Assembly (NCBI GenBank): GCA_014360645.1
Contig: JACIXD010000006.1
Coordinates: forward strand, 79,940-143,939
Direction of reading: 5' to 3'
Length of the DNA: 64,000 nucleotides
From: Actinomycetota bacterium
GTDB taxonomy: Bacteria > Actinomycetota > Geothermincolia > Geothermincolales > RBG-13-55-18
Positions 16,824 to 27,079 of the stretch are shown here, in pieces; the stretch's first letter is position 1; each line of letters opens with the position of its first letter. Under the pieces are notes generated by a model, which was given only the letters and a program-made list of their open reading frames with translations, had not been told where the DNA came from and ran no database searches. Both the position numbers and the translations under genes were made by a program.

Positions 16824-18305
16824 TCAACTCCTCTCGAGGCGGGCGATGAACATGCCCTCGCAGCCGTGGAGGTGCGGCATCAACTGGGCATACCCGTCGG
16901 GCGACAACGAGGAGCGATAGGGCTCGGGCAGAAAGGCGCCGAGGTCCGCGGCGTGGAAATCGCCGTGCCGGGCGAGGAAGGCCTCCACCACCTCCGATGT
17001 CTCCTCGCGCGTATAGGTGCACACGGAATAGACCACCGCGCCGCCGGGGCGGACCGTGCGCGCCGCCGCCTCCAGCAGTGAGGCCTGAAGGCGCGTGAAG
17101 CCGGGGAGGTCTTCGGGCTTCCTGCGCCACCTGAGCTCCGGGTTGCGGCGCAGGGTTCCCAGTCCGGAGCAGGGGGCGTCCACCAGGACCAGGTCGGCTT
17201 CCCCGTCCACCAGGTCCGGAAGTCCGTGGGCGTCGCCCTGCAGCAACGCGACGTTCTCCAGTCCCAGGCGCTCCACGGACTTCTTCATGGCCTCGAGGCG
17301 TTTGGCGTTGACGTCCACCGCGAGGACGCGGCAGGCGGGCCCTCCGAGCGTGGCCAGGTGGGTAGCCTTGCCACCGGGAGCGGCGCACGCGTCCACCACC
17401 AGGTCGCCCTCTCCGGGAGAGACGGCGTACCCCACCAGCATGGACCCCTCGTCCTGCACCACGCAGAGCCCCTCGCACAGCAGGTCCTGCAGAGCGGGAT
17501 AGGATAGAGAAACCTCCCGCACCGCCTCGCGCAGCGCGGGTGAAAGCTCCCCCGCTCCGCCTCTCTCCTCGACCTTCGCCAGCAGTCCGGGGGCGTCGAT
17601 GCGCATCGGGTTGGCGCGCAGCGTGAGGGAGGGGATGGTGTTGTCGCTGACGCACAGCGCCTCGGCTTCCTCCGGGGCCATGCGCGCCAATAGCAGTTCC
17701 ACAAGCCAGCGAGGATGCGAGTGCACCACCTCGAGATATTCCGGCGTGTCCTCGCGCGGCGGCAGGGACAGGGAGTCCTTCTCCGCCACCGCCCTCCGCA
17801 TCACCGCGTTGACGAAAGATGCCGGTCCCGGCCCCAGGCGCGCCTTCGCCAGGGATACGCTCTCATTGGCGGCGGCATGGCCGGGGATGCCCAGGCGGTA
17901 GAGCTGGTACATGCCCAGCCTCAGAACGTCCAGGATCGCGCCATCGATCTCCTCCAGGGGGCGGTCCGAGAGCTGGGATATCAGGTGGTCCAGCAGGTTG
18001 CGGTGCCTCTGCACCCCGTAGCACAGCTCCGCCACCAGGGAGCGGTCGCGCGGTGCGAGGCGTGACTTCCCCAGCGAGTAGCGCAGCAGGAGACCCAGGT
18101 ATGCGCCGCCGTCGTTCACCCGGCGGGTGAGGTCGAAGGCGAGCTCCCGCGCACCGGGGGGCGGGGTACCTCGCTTTCCCTTTCCGCTCGCCTTGCGCTT
18201 GCCCACCGCCGCGCCCCGCTGACTTTTTCCTCCCGCTCGCCCCTCAGGCGGCCTTGCGCCCTTCATCCCGCTCGCCTTCCGCTCGCCCGTCGCCTCGCCT
18301 CGCAT
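16824..18305 (-). CDS. rsmB: 16S rRNA (cytosine967-C5)-methyltransferase
   Basis: 493 aa. NusB-like N-domain plus SAM-MTase (DACAAPGGKA). A ~50-aa Lys/Gly/Arg-rich N-terminal extension overlaps a tandem repeat. Confidence 0.9.
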   Translation of the reverse strand: MRGEATGERKASGMKGARPPEGRAGGKSQRGAAVGKRKASGKGKRGTPPPGARELAFDLTRRVNDGGAYLGLLLRYSLGKSRLAPRDRSLVAELCYGVQRHRNLLDHLISQLSDRPLEEIDGAILDVLRLGMYQLYRLGIPGHAAANESVSLAKARLGPGPASFVNAVMRRAVAEKDSLSLPPREDTPEYLEVVHSHPRWLVELLLARMAPEEAEALCVSDNTIPSLTLRANPMRIDAPGLLAKVEERGGAGELSPALREAVREVSLSYPALQDLLCEGLCVVQDEGSMLVGYAVSPGEGDLVVDACAAPGGKATHLATLGGPACRVLAVDVNAKRLEAMKKSVERLGLENVALLQGDAHGLPDLVDGEADLVLVDAPCSGLGTLRRNPELRWRRKPEDLPGFTRLQASLLEAAARTVRPGGAVVYSVCTYTREETSEVVEAFLARHGDFHAADLGAFLPEPYRSSLSPDGYAQLMPHLHGCEGMFIARLERS

Positions 18306-18490
18306 GCCGTTTCCCGACCTCTCTCCTCTCCAACGCCGCCGCGCCCCGCTCTTCTTTTCATCCCCCTCGCCCCTCAGGCGGCCTTGCGCCCTTCATCCCG
18401 CTCGCCTTCCGCTCGCCCGTCGCCTCGCCCCGCATGTTATTTCAGAGCCGCTCTCCTCTCCAACGCCGCCGCGCCCCGCTATCTTCCTTC
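18206..18490. repeat. ~130-bp tandem repeat, ~2.2 copies, spanning the rsmB start codon and upstream region
   Basis: Unit starts ccgccgcgccccgct at 18206, 18336 and 18466 (third copy truncated). The 56-nt core tcaggcggccttgcgcccttcatcccgctcgccttccgctcgcccgtcgcctcgcc is identical at 18244-18299 and 18374-18429. The upstream copy encodes MRGEATGERKASGMKGARPPEGRGG-stop (minus strand, ATG at 18434-18436), equal to RsmB residues 1-23. Confidence 0.85.
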
Positions 18491-18755
18491 CGAGAAGTCT
18501 CCGCGAACCGGCCCCCCATGTCAACGACATCCATCCGTTCCGCCGCGCCTCCCGCGCTTGCTGGGTCCATCCTCGTCCCATGCGTCCCCCGCCCGCTTCG
18601 CTGCCGGGCCGCCGAGCTGCACGGCGCGCACCCCTTCGCCCGACGGACCGGCCATCATCAGGACGGGGGCAAAGCGCGGAACTGATTGTAGCCTTCCCGC
18701 CGCATCATGCTCCCATCCGCAGACCGCTGGAGATCCCGCGCCGGCAGAGACGCTG

Positions 18756-19760
18756 TCATGCAGGCTCCTTTCCCAGGCGCTCCCCCTCCGCCGGCCGGTA
18801 ACCCCGCAGGAACTCCTCCGCCGACATCGCCCTCTTTCCCTCCGGCTGCAGCTCGAGGATGCGCAGCGTTCCCTCTCCCGTGCCCACGAGCAGTCCTCCG
18901 CCGCCGGACGAGAGCATCCCCGGCTCCAGCTCCGGCCGCGTGCGCTCCGGCACGGCGCGCAGAATCTTGATTCTCCGGCCGCGCAGGTAGGTATAGGCAC
19001 CGGGACGGGGCGCGAGCGCCCTCACGCGGTTGAAGACCTCCCTCGCCGGCCTGGTCCAGTCCAGGAGCAGCTCCCCGGGTTGGATGGGGGGCGCGTAACT
19101 GGCTCCCTCCTCACCCTGCGGGCGCGCCTCCAGGTAACCGTCCACCCAGAGGGGAAGGCAGTTCTCCACCAGCGTGGCGCCTAAGGCGGCGAGGCGCAGT
19201 CGCAGAGACCGTTCGTCGTCATCCTCTTCCACCGCGGTGTCCCGGGCGGCGATGATGGGGCCGGTGTCCATGCCCTCGTCCATGAGCATGAGGGAGACGC
19301 CGCTCCTTTCATCCCCTTCCATTAGCGCCCTGCGGATGGGCGCGGCGCCCCGGTGGCGCGGGAGCAGGGAGGGATGCACGTTCACGCATCCCCTGGGAGG
19401 ATATTCCAGGATCTCCCGGGGGAGGATGATGCGATAATCGGACACCAGCACCACCTCGGGATGCTCGCGGCTCAAGGCTTCCCGGAAGCCGGGTTCGCCG
19501 GGATGAGAGGTTTCCGTGAGCGCCAGCTCAGCCTCCAGAGCCGCCGCCTTGCAGGGGGTGGGGCGCGGTTTGCGCCCCCTGCCCGCTGGCCGGTCGGGGA
19601 GGGTCAGCACCCGCCGGGGACGGAACCCGGCCTCCGCCAGTTCACGCAGGAGGGCGGCCGCGAAATCTCCGCTGCCGACGAACAGGTATCTCGGTTCCGC
19701 ACCCCGCAAGCGCATCAGCGGGCCCCACTCCCGCGCTGACCGCCGACGCCTGGCTCCCAC
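18756..19760 (-). CDS. fmt: Methionyl-tRNA formyltransferase
   Basis: Fmt N- and C-domains (...HPSLLPRHRGAAPI...). True start probably the internal M (MRLRGAEPRYLFVGSG) near 19716, overlapping the def stop. Confidence 0.9.
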   Translation of the reverse strand: MGARRRRSAREWGPLMRLRGAEPRYLFVGSGDFAAALLRELAEAGFRPRRVLTLPDRPAGRGRKPRPTPCKAAALEAELALTETSHPGEPGFREALSREHPEVVLVSDYRIILPREILEYPPRGCVNVHPSLLPRHRGAAPIRRALMEGDERSGVSLMLMDEGMDTGPIIAARDTAVEEDDDERSLRLRLAALGATLVENCLPLWVDGYLEARPQGEEGASYAPPIQPGELLLDWTRPAREVFNRVRALAPRPGAYTYLRGRRIKILRAVPERTRPELEPGMLSSGGGGLLVGTGEGTLRILELQPEGKRAMSAEEFLRGYRPAEGERLGKEPA

Positions 19761-20239
19761 CCCTCCTCAAGCATGCGCAGTGCTTCCACGCGGCTCACGC
19801 GGTCGGTGCGTTCCAGGATGAGCTTTCCGTCCAGGTGGTCCATCTCGTGCTGGAAGACCCTTGCCAGCCAACCTTCGGCGTGAACGCGCCTCAGCTCGCC
19901 CGTGAGGTCCAGGTATTCCAGTTCCACGGAAAGGTGCCGGCTCACGGGGAGGACGGGCCCCGGCAGGCTCAGGCAGCCCTCCACCTCCTCTACCTCTTCC
20001 TCCGACGCGAAGACGATGCGCGGGTTTATGCACGCCTCGAGCTCTCCCTCGTTCTCGTATACGAAGACCCGTTTGACCACGCCGATCTGGTTCGCGGCCA
20101 GCCCCGCACCGCCCGGCCTGGGAATGGAATCCATGAGGTCGCGCACCAACCTCTCCACGTCGGAGTCTATGCGCTCGACCTCCGCGCACCTCTCCTTGAG
20201 CACCGGGTCTCCGAAAGTCCTTATGGGCAGGACCGCCAT
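19715..20239 (-). CDS. def: Peptide deformylase
   Basis: 174 aa. Motifs GAGLAANQIG, EGCLSLPG, QHEMDHLDG. Confidence 0.95.
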   Translation of the reverse strand: MAVLPIRTFGDPVLKERCAEVERIDSDVERLVRDLMDSIPRPGGAGLAANQIGVVKRVFVYENEGELEACINPRIVFASEEEVEEVEGCLSLPGPVLPVSRHLSVELEYLDLTGELRRVHAEGWLARVFQHEMDHLDGKLILERTDRVSRVEALRMLEEGWEPGVGGQRGSGAR

Positions 20240-20300
20240 CTTCCCGCTCCTCCGCTGGTCATGGTCCGGAATGACTTCCGGCCGCCTTTTCCGGGCTCTC

Positions 20301-21497
20301 CTAGATACCGGCCTCCTTGCGCAACAGCTCCGCCTTGTCGGTATGCTCCCAGGCGAAGTCCTTGTCCTGGCGCCCGAAATGCCCGTAGGCCGCCGTCTTC
20401 CTGTAGATGGGCCGCCGCAGCTTCAGGTCCCTGATGATGGCCGCGGGACGGAGGTCGAAGTACTCCCGGATGAGGGCTTCGATGACCTCGAGGGGGACCT
20501 TCTCCGTACCGAAGGCTTCCACCATCACCGATACTGGATGCGCCACGCCGATGGCGTAGGCCAGCTGAACCTCGAAACGGTCGGCGAGGCCTGCGGCCAC
20601 CACGTTCTTGGCCACGTAACGGGCCGCGTAGGCCGCGGAACGGTCCACCTTGGTGGGGTCCTTGCCCGAGAAGCAACCCCCTCCGTGGCGCGCCATGCCG
20701 CCGTAGGTGTCCACGATTATCTTGCGTCCCGTGAGTCCCGTGTCCCCCATGGGGCCCCCGGTGACGAACTTCCCGGTGGGGTTCACCAGCACCCGGAGGC
20801 TGCGGTCGTACATATCCGGAGGGAGCACGGGATGGATGACGTGCTCGATGAGGTCCGGTTTCATCAGCTCCTCGATGTCCACGTTGGGACGGTGCTGCGC
20901 GGAGATGAGCACCGTGTCCACGCGCACCGGGCGGTCGCCCTCGTATTCCACCGTCACCTGGCTCTTGCCGTCGGGCCTGAGATAAGGGAGGACGCCCGCC
21001 TTGCGCACCTCTGAGAGGCGGTGGCACAGCTTGTGGGCAAGGAGTATGGGCATGGGCATGAGCTCCGGGGTCTCGTTGCAGGCGTAGCCGAACATCATGC
21101 CCTGGTCGCCGGCGCCCAGGGAGTCCAGCATCTCGTCCTCGGCCTCGCCGGTCCTCTCCTCCAGGGCGTGGTCTACGCCCTGCGCGATATCCGAGGACTG
21201 GGGGTCGATGGAGACCACCACCCCGCAGGTCTCGTGGTCGAAGCCGTACTTGGCCCGCGTGTAGCCGATCTCCTCGATGGTGCGGCGCACCGTCCCCGGG
21301 ATGTCCACGTAGGTAGAGGTGGTCATCTCCCCCGCCACCACCACCAGCCCCGTGGTGACCAGGGTCTCCACCGCCACACGTCCGAAGGGGTCGTCCTTGT
21401 AGACCTCGTCGAGTATGGCGTCCGAGATCTGGTCGGCTATCTTGTCCGGGTGTCCCTCGGTGACCGACTCCGAAGTGAACAGGTGGCGCTGGGACAC
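20301..21497 (-). CDS. metK: S-adenosylmethionine synthetase
   Basis: MetK signature ([22 protein letters not shown]). The start is reassigned to GTG at 21495-21497, preceded by AGGAGGAAAGGAGGGG. The supplied ORF is extended N-terminally through the leader. Confidence 0.92.
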   Translation of the reverse strand: MSQRHLFTSESVTEGHPDKIADQISDAILDEVYKDDPFGRVAVETLVTTGLVVVAGEMTTSTYVDIPGTVRRTIEEIGYTRAKYGFDHETCGVVVSIDPQSSDIAQGVDHALEERTGEAEDEMLDSLGAGDQGMMFGYACNETPELMPMPILLAHKLCHRLSEVRKAGVLPYLRPDGKSQVTVEYEGDRPVRVDTVLISAQHRPNVDIEELMKPDLIEHVIHPVLPPDMYDRSLRVLVNPTGKFVTGGPMGDTGLTGRKIIVDTYGGMARHGGGCFSGKDPTKVDRSAAYAARYVAKNVVAAGLADRFEVQLAYAIGVAHPVSVMVEAFGTEKVPLEVIEALIREYFDLRPAAIIRDLKLRRPIYRKTAAYGHFGRQDKDFAWEHTDKAELLRKEAGI

Positions 21498-21560
21498 TTC
21501 CCCTCCTTTCCTCCTGCAACGCCGCTGCCGCGGCGCGGCGACAAACGCTTTAACCGCATT

Positions 21561-21566
21561 ATTATA
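21561..21566 (-). promoter_or_regulatory. Strong -10 hexamer TATAAT (preceded by TG) upstream of metK
   Basis: rc of attata at 21561-21566 inside a locally AT-rich patch (tgtataataatg). About 65-nt leader to the metK GTG. Confidence 0.5.
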
Positions 21567-21629
21567 CACGTTCAGGACTTCGCGGTAGGCGGTTCGCCCG
21601 CGCTTCCTCGCGAAGCAGAGGATTCGCGA

Positions 21630-21643
21630 CGGGGACACCCCCG
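21630..21643 (-). terminator. Short GC hairpin (cgggg-gtgt-ccccg) abutting the secG stop codon; weak intrinsic-terminator candidate with no U-tract
   Basis: 5-bp stem with 4-nt loop directly 3' of the secG TAG. Confidence 0.3.
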
Positions 21644-21880
21644 CTACTTGTAGATGAAGATGAGCACCAGGGTGGAGACCACGAAGACCACGGCGCTGGC
21701 GATGGTGATGCGGTCGAGGTTCTTCTGCACGATCTGGGTTCCCGCCGCGCCTCCCACGGATGCGCCTCCGAAGAGGCTGGACATGCCTCCGCCGCGTCCG
21801 GAATGCAGCAGCACGAAGACGGTCATGGAGACGCTGGAAAGGAAGAAGAAGACCAGCATGATGTACTTCAATACGTCCAC
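21644..21880 (-). CDS. secG: Preprotein translocase subunit SecG
   Basis: 78 aa, two transmembrane helices with a Gly-rich linker ([20 protein letters not shown]). Confidence 0.9.
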   Translation of the reverse strand: MDVLKYIMLVFFFLSSVSMTVFVLLHSGRGGGMSSLFGGASVGGAAGTQIVQKNLDRITIASAVVFVVSTLVLIFIYK

Positions 21881-21978
21881 GGCTCAATACCTCCTCGATA
21901 CGAGGGTTCATTATAACATAAGGACGTGCCCGCGGGCCCGCCCGCCGCAGGTACGGCCTTTCTCCCCGCGGCCAGCGC

Positions 21979-22746
21979 TCATGTGGCGGCGCGCACGATG
22001 GCCAGGAAATCCCCCGCCTTCAGGCTGGCCCCTCCCACCAGGGCGCCGTCGATGTCCGGCATGGCCATGAGCTCCCCGGCGTTGTCCGGCTTCACGCTCC
22101 CCCCGTAGAGCACGCGCGCTGACTGCGCGTTGGCGTCTCCGAAGCGCGCGGCCAGACGCTCCCGGATGAAGGAGTTCATCTCCTGGGCGTCTGCGGGAGT
22201 GGCCGTCCTGCCGGTGCCGATGGCCCAGATGGGCTCGTAGGCGATCACCAGGCCGGCCGCTTCCCCGACGCCGACCTCCGCCAGGTCCGCCTCGAGCTGG
22301 GACTGCACTTTCCTGAAGGCGTCGCCCGCCTCGCGCTCCTCCAGGGTCTCTCCCACGCAGAGGATGGGGGTCATGCCCTCGTCCAGCACCGCGCGCACCT
22401 TGGCGGACACCAGCTGGTCGTCCTCCCCCAAGATCTCGCGGCGCTCGGAATGTCCGACGATGACGTAGATCACCCCAAGGACCTTGAGCATGGGGGGCGA
22501 TATCTCTCCCGTGAACGCGCCCTCGCGGCGCGGATAGACGTTCTGGGCTCCCAGCGCCACCCGCGACCCCGTCTCGGATAGCAGGCGCGAGACGTCGGCG
22601 AGGGCGGTGAAGGGAGGGCAGACGGCCACCTCCGCGGCCTCCGTGCTCTCCATCCCGGCGGTAAGCTCGCGCACCAGCTCCACCGCCTCCTGGTTGGTCT
22701 TGTACATCTTCCAGTTGCCGGCGATAAGCGGCGTCCTCATCTCCAT
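21979..22746 (-). CDS. tpiA: Triosephosphate isomerase
   Basis: TIM motifs [26 protein letters not shown]. Start ATG overlaps the pgk stop (TGATG). The supplied ORF carries a spurious N-terminal extension. Confidence 0.95.
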   Translation of the reverse strand: MEMRTPLIAGNWKMYKTNQEAVELVRELTAGMESTEAAEVAVCPPFTALADVSRLLSETGSRVALGAQNVYPRREGAFTGEISPPMLKVLGVIYVIVGHSERREILGEDDQLVSAKVRAVLDEGMTPILCVGETLEEREAGDAFRKVQSQLEADLAEVGVGEAAGLVIAYEPIWAIGTGRTATPADAQEMNSFIRERLAARFGDANAQSARVLYGGSVKPDNAGELMAMPDIDGALVGGASLKAGDFLAIVRAAT

Positions 22747-23936
22747 CACCCCTGCTCCTTCTCCAGCACCGCCACTCCCGGCAGCACCCTTCCTTCCAGC
22801 ATCTCCATGGAGGCCCCGCCGCCGGTGGAGATGTGGGTGAAGGCCTCGCGGAGCCCGTATTTCTCGATGGCCGCTATGGTGTCGCCGCCGCCGGCGACCT
22901 TCACCGCAGAGGAGGAGGCGATGGCCTCGGCGACCGCGCGCGTCCCTTCCTGGAAGCGCTCCCATTCGAACACCCCCATGGGGCCGTTCCAGAAGATGGT
23001 CGCCGCGCCCTCCAGGTGACGCTTGAAATCCTTAACCGTGTCCGGACCGATATCCAGGCCCATCCAGCCCGCGGGTATCTCACCTGCGCTCACCACCCTG
23101 CTGGGAGCGTCGGCCTCGAAGCGCTCCGCCACCACCAGGTCGGCCGGCAGCACCACCGCGGCGCTTCCCTCCTCCACAGGGTCAAGCACCCCCTTGACCT
23201 CATCCAGCAGCTCATCCTCGCACAGGGAGGCGCCGATCTCCACCCCCTGCGCCTTGAGCATGGTGAAGCACATCCCTCCTCCGATGAGCATGGTGTCTAC
23301 CAGTCTCTGGAAGTTGCCCAGGAGCTTGAGCTTGTCCGACACCTTGCTCCCGCCGAGCACCGCCACGAAGGGTCGCGCGGGGTCGCGCAGCAGGCCCTGG
23401 AGCACGGAAACCTCCTTCTCCATGAGCAGGCCCGCCGCGGAGGGCAGGAGCTCCGCCACCCCCACCACCGAGGCGTGGGCGCGGTGTGCGGCTCCGAAGG
23501 CGTCGTCCACGTAGAGGTCCCCCAGCCGCGCCAGGGCAGCCGCGAAGGCGGGGTCGTTCTTCTCCTCCCCCTCCTCGAAGCGCAGGTTCTCCAACATGAG
23601 CACCTCGCCGGGGGAGAGGGCGGCGGCTGCCCGTTCGGCCTCCTCCCCCACCACCAGGTCGATCTTGCGCACCGCCACGCCGAGGAGCTCGCCCAGCCTT
23701 GCGGCCACGCCGTCCAGGCGCAGCTCCTCCACCACCTTTCCCTTGGGGCGTCCCAGGTGGGACATGACCACCAAGGCCGCCCCGCGCTCCCGCAGCAGCT
23801 CGAGGGTGGGTAACGCGGCCCTGATGCGCGTGTCGTCCTTCACCCCGCCCGACTCGTCGAGGGGGACGTTGAAGTCCACCCTCACCAGCACTCTTTTCCC
23901 CGCGACCTCCAGGTCGCGCACGCTTCTCACCGCCAT
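22746..23936 (-). CDS. pgk: Phosphoglycerate kinase
   Basis: PGK signature (RVDFNVP, MSHLGRP...). Start reassigned to the internal Met (MAVRSVRDL) at 23936. Confidence 0.95.
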   Translation of the reverse strand: MAVRSVRDLEVAGKRVLVRVDFNVPLDESGGVKDDTRIRAALPTLELLRERGAALVVMSHLGRPKGKVVEELRLDGVAARLGELLGVAVRKIDLVVGEEAERAAAALSPGEVLMLENLRFEEGEEKNDPAFAAALARLGDLYVDDAFGAAHRAHASVVGVAELLPSAAGLLMEKEVSVLQGLLRDPARPFVAVLGGSKVSDKLKLLGNFQRLVDTMLIGGGMCFTMLKAQGVEIGASLCEDELLDEVKGVLDPVEEGSAAVVLPADLVVAERFEADAPSRVVSAGEIPAGWMGLDIGPDTVKDFKRHLEGAATIFWNGPMGVFEWERFQEGTRAVAEAIASSSAVKVAGGGDTIAAIEKYGLREAFTHISTGGGASMEMLEGRVLPGVAVLEKEQG

Positions 23937-23947
23937 GGCGGCCCACC

Positions 23948-25126
<1,179 letters not shown>

Positions 25127-25167
25127 TTAACGGGTGCGCTCGCCGGCACTGCAGGAACGGACAAGCC

Positions 25168-26097
25168 TCACAGGCTTGAGGCGATGCGGCGGATGCGCAG
25201 CAGGCGGTGGTGGACGGCTGACTTGCTCAGGGGAGGCTGCATGCAGGCCCCCAGCTCCTGCATGCTCGCCTCGGGGTGCCGCAGGCGCGTCAATGCCACC
25301 TCTCTCAGGGCGGGCGAGAGGCTCTCCAGGCCCATGGCCTCCTCGATGCGCCTGATGTCCCGCAGCTGCCTCTGGGCCGCGTCCACGGCGCGCTCGAGAT
25401 TGGCGGTCTCGCTGTTCACGCGGCGGTTGACCCCCGCGCGCATCTCCCGCATCACCGCGTCGCTCTGCAGCCTCAACACCGCGGCGTGGGCCCCCATGAG
25501 GGCGAGGAGGTCGGCCTGCTCCCGCCGGCCCTTGCTGTACACGCAGTAGAGGTCGCGCCTGCGGTTCACGCTCATCTCCAGACCGAAACGTCCCGCCAGG
25601 CTCGCCAGCCCCTCGGCCATCTCGAGGTGGCGCACGTTTATCTCCAGATGGGCGGGGCTCTCCGGCCGGCTCACGTAGCCGCCTCCCAGGAAGGCCCCTC
25701 GAAGGTAGGCGGCGGCGCAGCAGGTCCTCCTGGTGAGGCGGGCCGGCACCCCCATCACCGGGCGCATGGCGTCGTCCAGGAGATGGAGTTCGTTGAGCAC
25801 CTGTGCCAGGCGGGGATCTTCTGCCAGGAAAAGGCAGTAGCAGTTGTGTCCCCTGAGGCGCGGCGCCTTCTCCACCCGCAGCTCCGGTGCGAGGTCGAAG
25901 AGCTCCCTGAGGAGAGAGAACATCTTCCTGGCCACGGCGGCGTTCTCGCTCTCGGTGTGCAGAGCCACCCGGTGAGGCCCCAGGATGTGCAGCGAACCCT
26001 CCAGGCGCAGGAGGGCGGAGAGCTCGGCCAGGCTGCAGCAGCGGCGCGGCGGCCCGAGCCGCGCCAGCTCGTCTTTCACTTCCGAGGTGAAGGCCAT
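25168..26097 (-). CDS. whiA: Sporulation/cell-division transcription regulator WhiA
   Basis: LAGLIDADG-like N-domain plus C-terminal HTH. Start taken at MAFTSEVKDEL, overlapping the rapZ stop by ~10 nt. Confidence 0.9.
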   Translation of the reverse strand: MAFTSEVKDELARLGPPRRCCSLAELSALLRLEGSLHILGPHRVALHTESENAAVARKMFSLLRELFDLAPELRVEKAPRLRGHNCYCLFLAEDPRLAQVLNELHLLDDAMRPVMGVPARLTRRTCCAAAYLRGAFLGGGYVSRPESPAHLEINVRHLEMAEGLASLAGRFGLEMSVNRRRDLYCVYSKGRREQADLLALMGAHAAVLRLQSDAVMREMRAGVNRRVNSETANLERAVDAAQRQLRDIRRIEEAMGLESLSPALREVALTRLRHPEASMQELGACMQPPLSKSAVHHRLLRIRRIASSL

Positions 26098-26105
26098 CTC
26101 CCCTC

Positions 26106-26963
26106 TCAGCCCCGCTGCACGTCGCGGTGTCGCGCGTTCACGCGCCAGTCGCTTCCCTGAAGGCGCCTCGCCATCTCTTCCACCAGCACCACCGAGCGGT
26201 GCTTCCCGCCCGTGCACCCGAAGGCAACGGTTATGTACCTCCTGCCCTCGCGCAGAAAGCGGTCCTTGAGGAAGAGGAGCAGGGATCCCACACGGTCCAG
26301 GAATTCCAGGCTCTCCTCCTGGTCCAGCACATAACGCCGCACGCGCTCGTCGCTCCCGTCCAGGTCGCGCAGCTCGTCCACCCAGAAGGGGTTGGGGAGG
26401 AAGCGCAGGTCGAAGACCATATCGGCGTCAAGGGGCAGGCCGAATTTGTAACCGAAGGACACCAGGGTCATCTCCGGCAGGGTGATGCCCTCCTCGCCGC
26501 TGTAAAGTTCCACCAGTTGTTCTCGCAACTGATGCACGTTCGTCCCCGAGGTGTCGATGACGATGTCTGCGCGCCCCCGTAGACCACGGAGGAGCTCGCG
26601 CTCCCTGGCGATGCTCTCCAGGATCCCACCCCCGGCATGGATGGGGTGGGAACGCCTGGTCTCCTTGAAACGCTTGAGCAGGGTCTCGTCATCCGCCTCC
26701 AGGAAGATGATGCGGTAAGGGATACCGCCACGATCCAGTTCGTCCAGGGATTCGTTGAGGTCCTCGAAGAACTCTCCGCCACGAACGTCGATAACCGCCG
26801 CGAGATGGTCGATCCTGGCGCCCTCGCCCGAACACAGCTCCACCATCTTCACCAGCAGGGAGGGGGGGAGGTTGTCGACGCAGAAGTGTCCCAGGTCCTC
26901 CATGCTCTTTATGGCGATGGATTTTCCCGCTCCCGAGAGGCCGGTGACGATGGTTATCTCCAG
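26106..26963 (-). CDS. rapZ: RNase adaptor protein RapZ (P-loop ATPase)
   Basis: The P-loop ITIVTGLSGAGKS lies upstream of the first ATG. There is an in-frame TAG at 26976-26978 and no ATG/GTG/TTG between, so the start is proposed as CTG at 26961-26963, 6 nt after GGAGG. Confidence 0.85.
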   Translation of the reverse strand: MEITIVTGLSGAGKSIAIKSMEDLGHFCVDNLPPSLLVKMVELCSGEGARIDHLAAVIDVRGGEFFEDLNESLDELDRGGIPYRIIFLEADDETLLKRFKETRRSHPIHAGGGILESIARERELLRGLRGRADIVIDTSGTNVHQLREQLVELYSGEEGITLPEMTLVSFGYKFGLPLDADMVFDLRFLPNPFWVDELRDLDGSDERVRRYVLDQEESLEFLDRVGSLLLFLKDRFLREGRRYITVAFGCTGGKHRSVVLVEEMARRLQGSDWRVNARHRDVQRG

Positions 26964-27079
26964 CCTGCACCTCCGCTACTCTGGTCGCCTTTACCTGATT
27001 ATAGCGCTTGCGGCGCGGGCATGAACAGGCATGCCGCTGCCACCCGCCGCGGCTCCACCGTCCGTGGCCATGCGCACGG

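Noticed and set aside
16543-18490. Possible CRISPR array suggested by the repeated elements near recA and rsmB
   Set aside because: Each has only two copies, with 120-130 bp periods and long unit lengths (82-130 bp). There is no regular short repeat-spacer architecture and no cas genes. They are tandem duplications, not CRISPR.
21498-21643. SAM riboswitch upstream of metK
   Set aside because: After correcting the metK start, the leader is ~65 nt. Conserved SAM-I and SAM-IV core sequences are not visible. Kept only as a negative observation pending a covariance-model scan.
20301-21911. N-terminal ~138-aa extension of the supplied metK ORF (and similar extensions on tpiA, pgk, gap, whiA, uvrB, uvrC, hisB, livK)
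   Set aside because: The extensions are unrelated to the protein families and run through intergenic promoter/RBS sequence. Internal starts with good RBS and family-typical N-termini were chosen instead.
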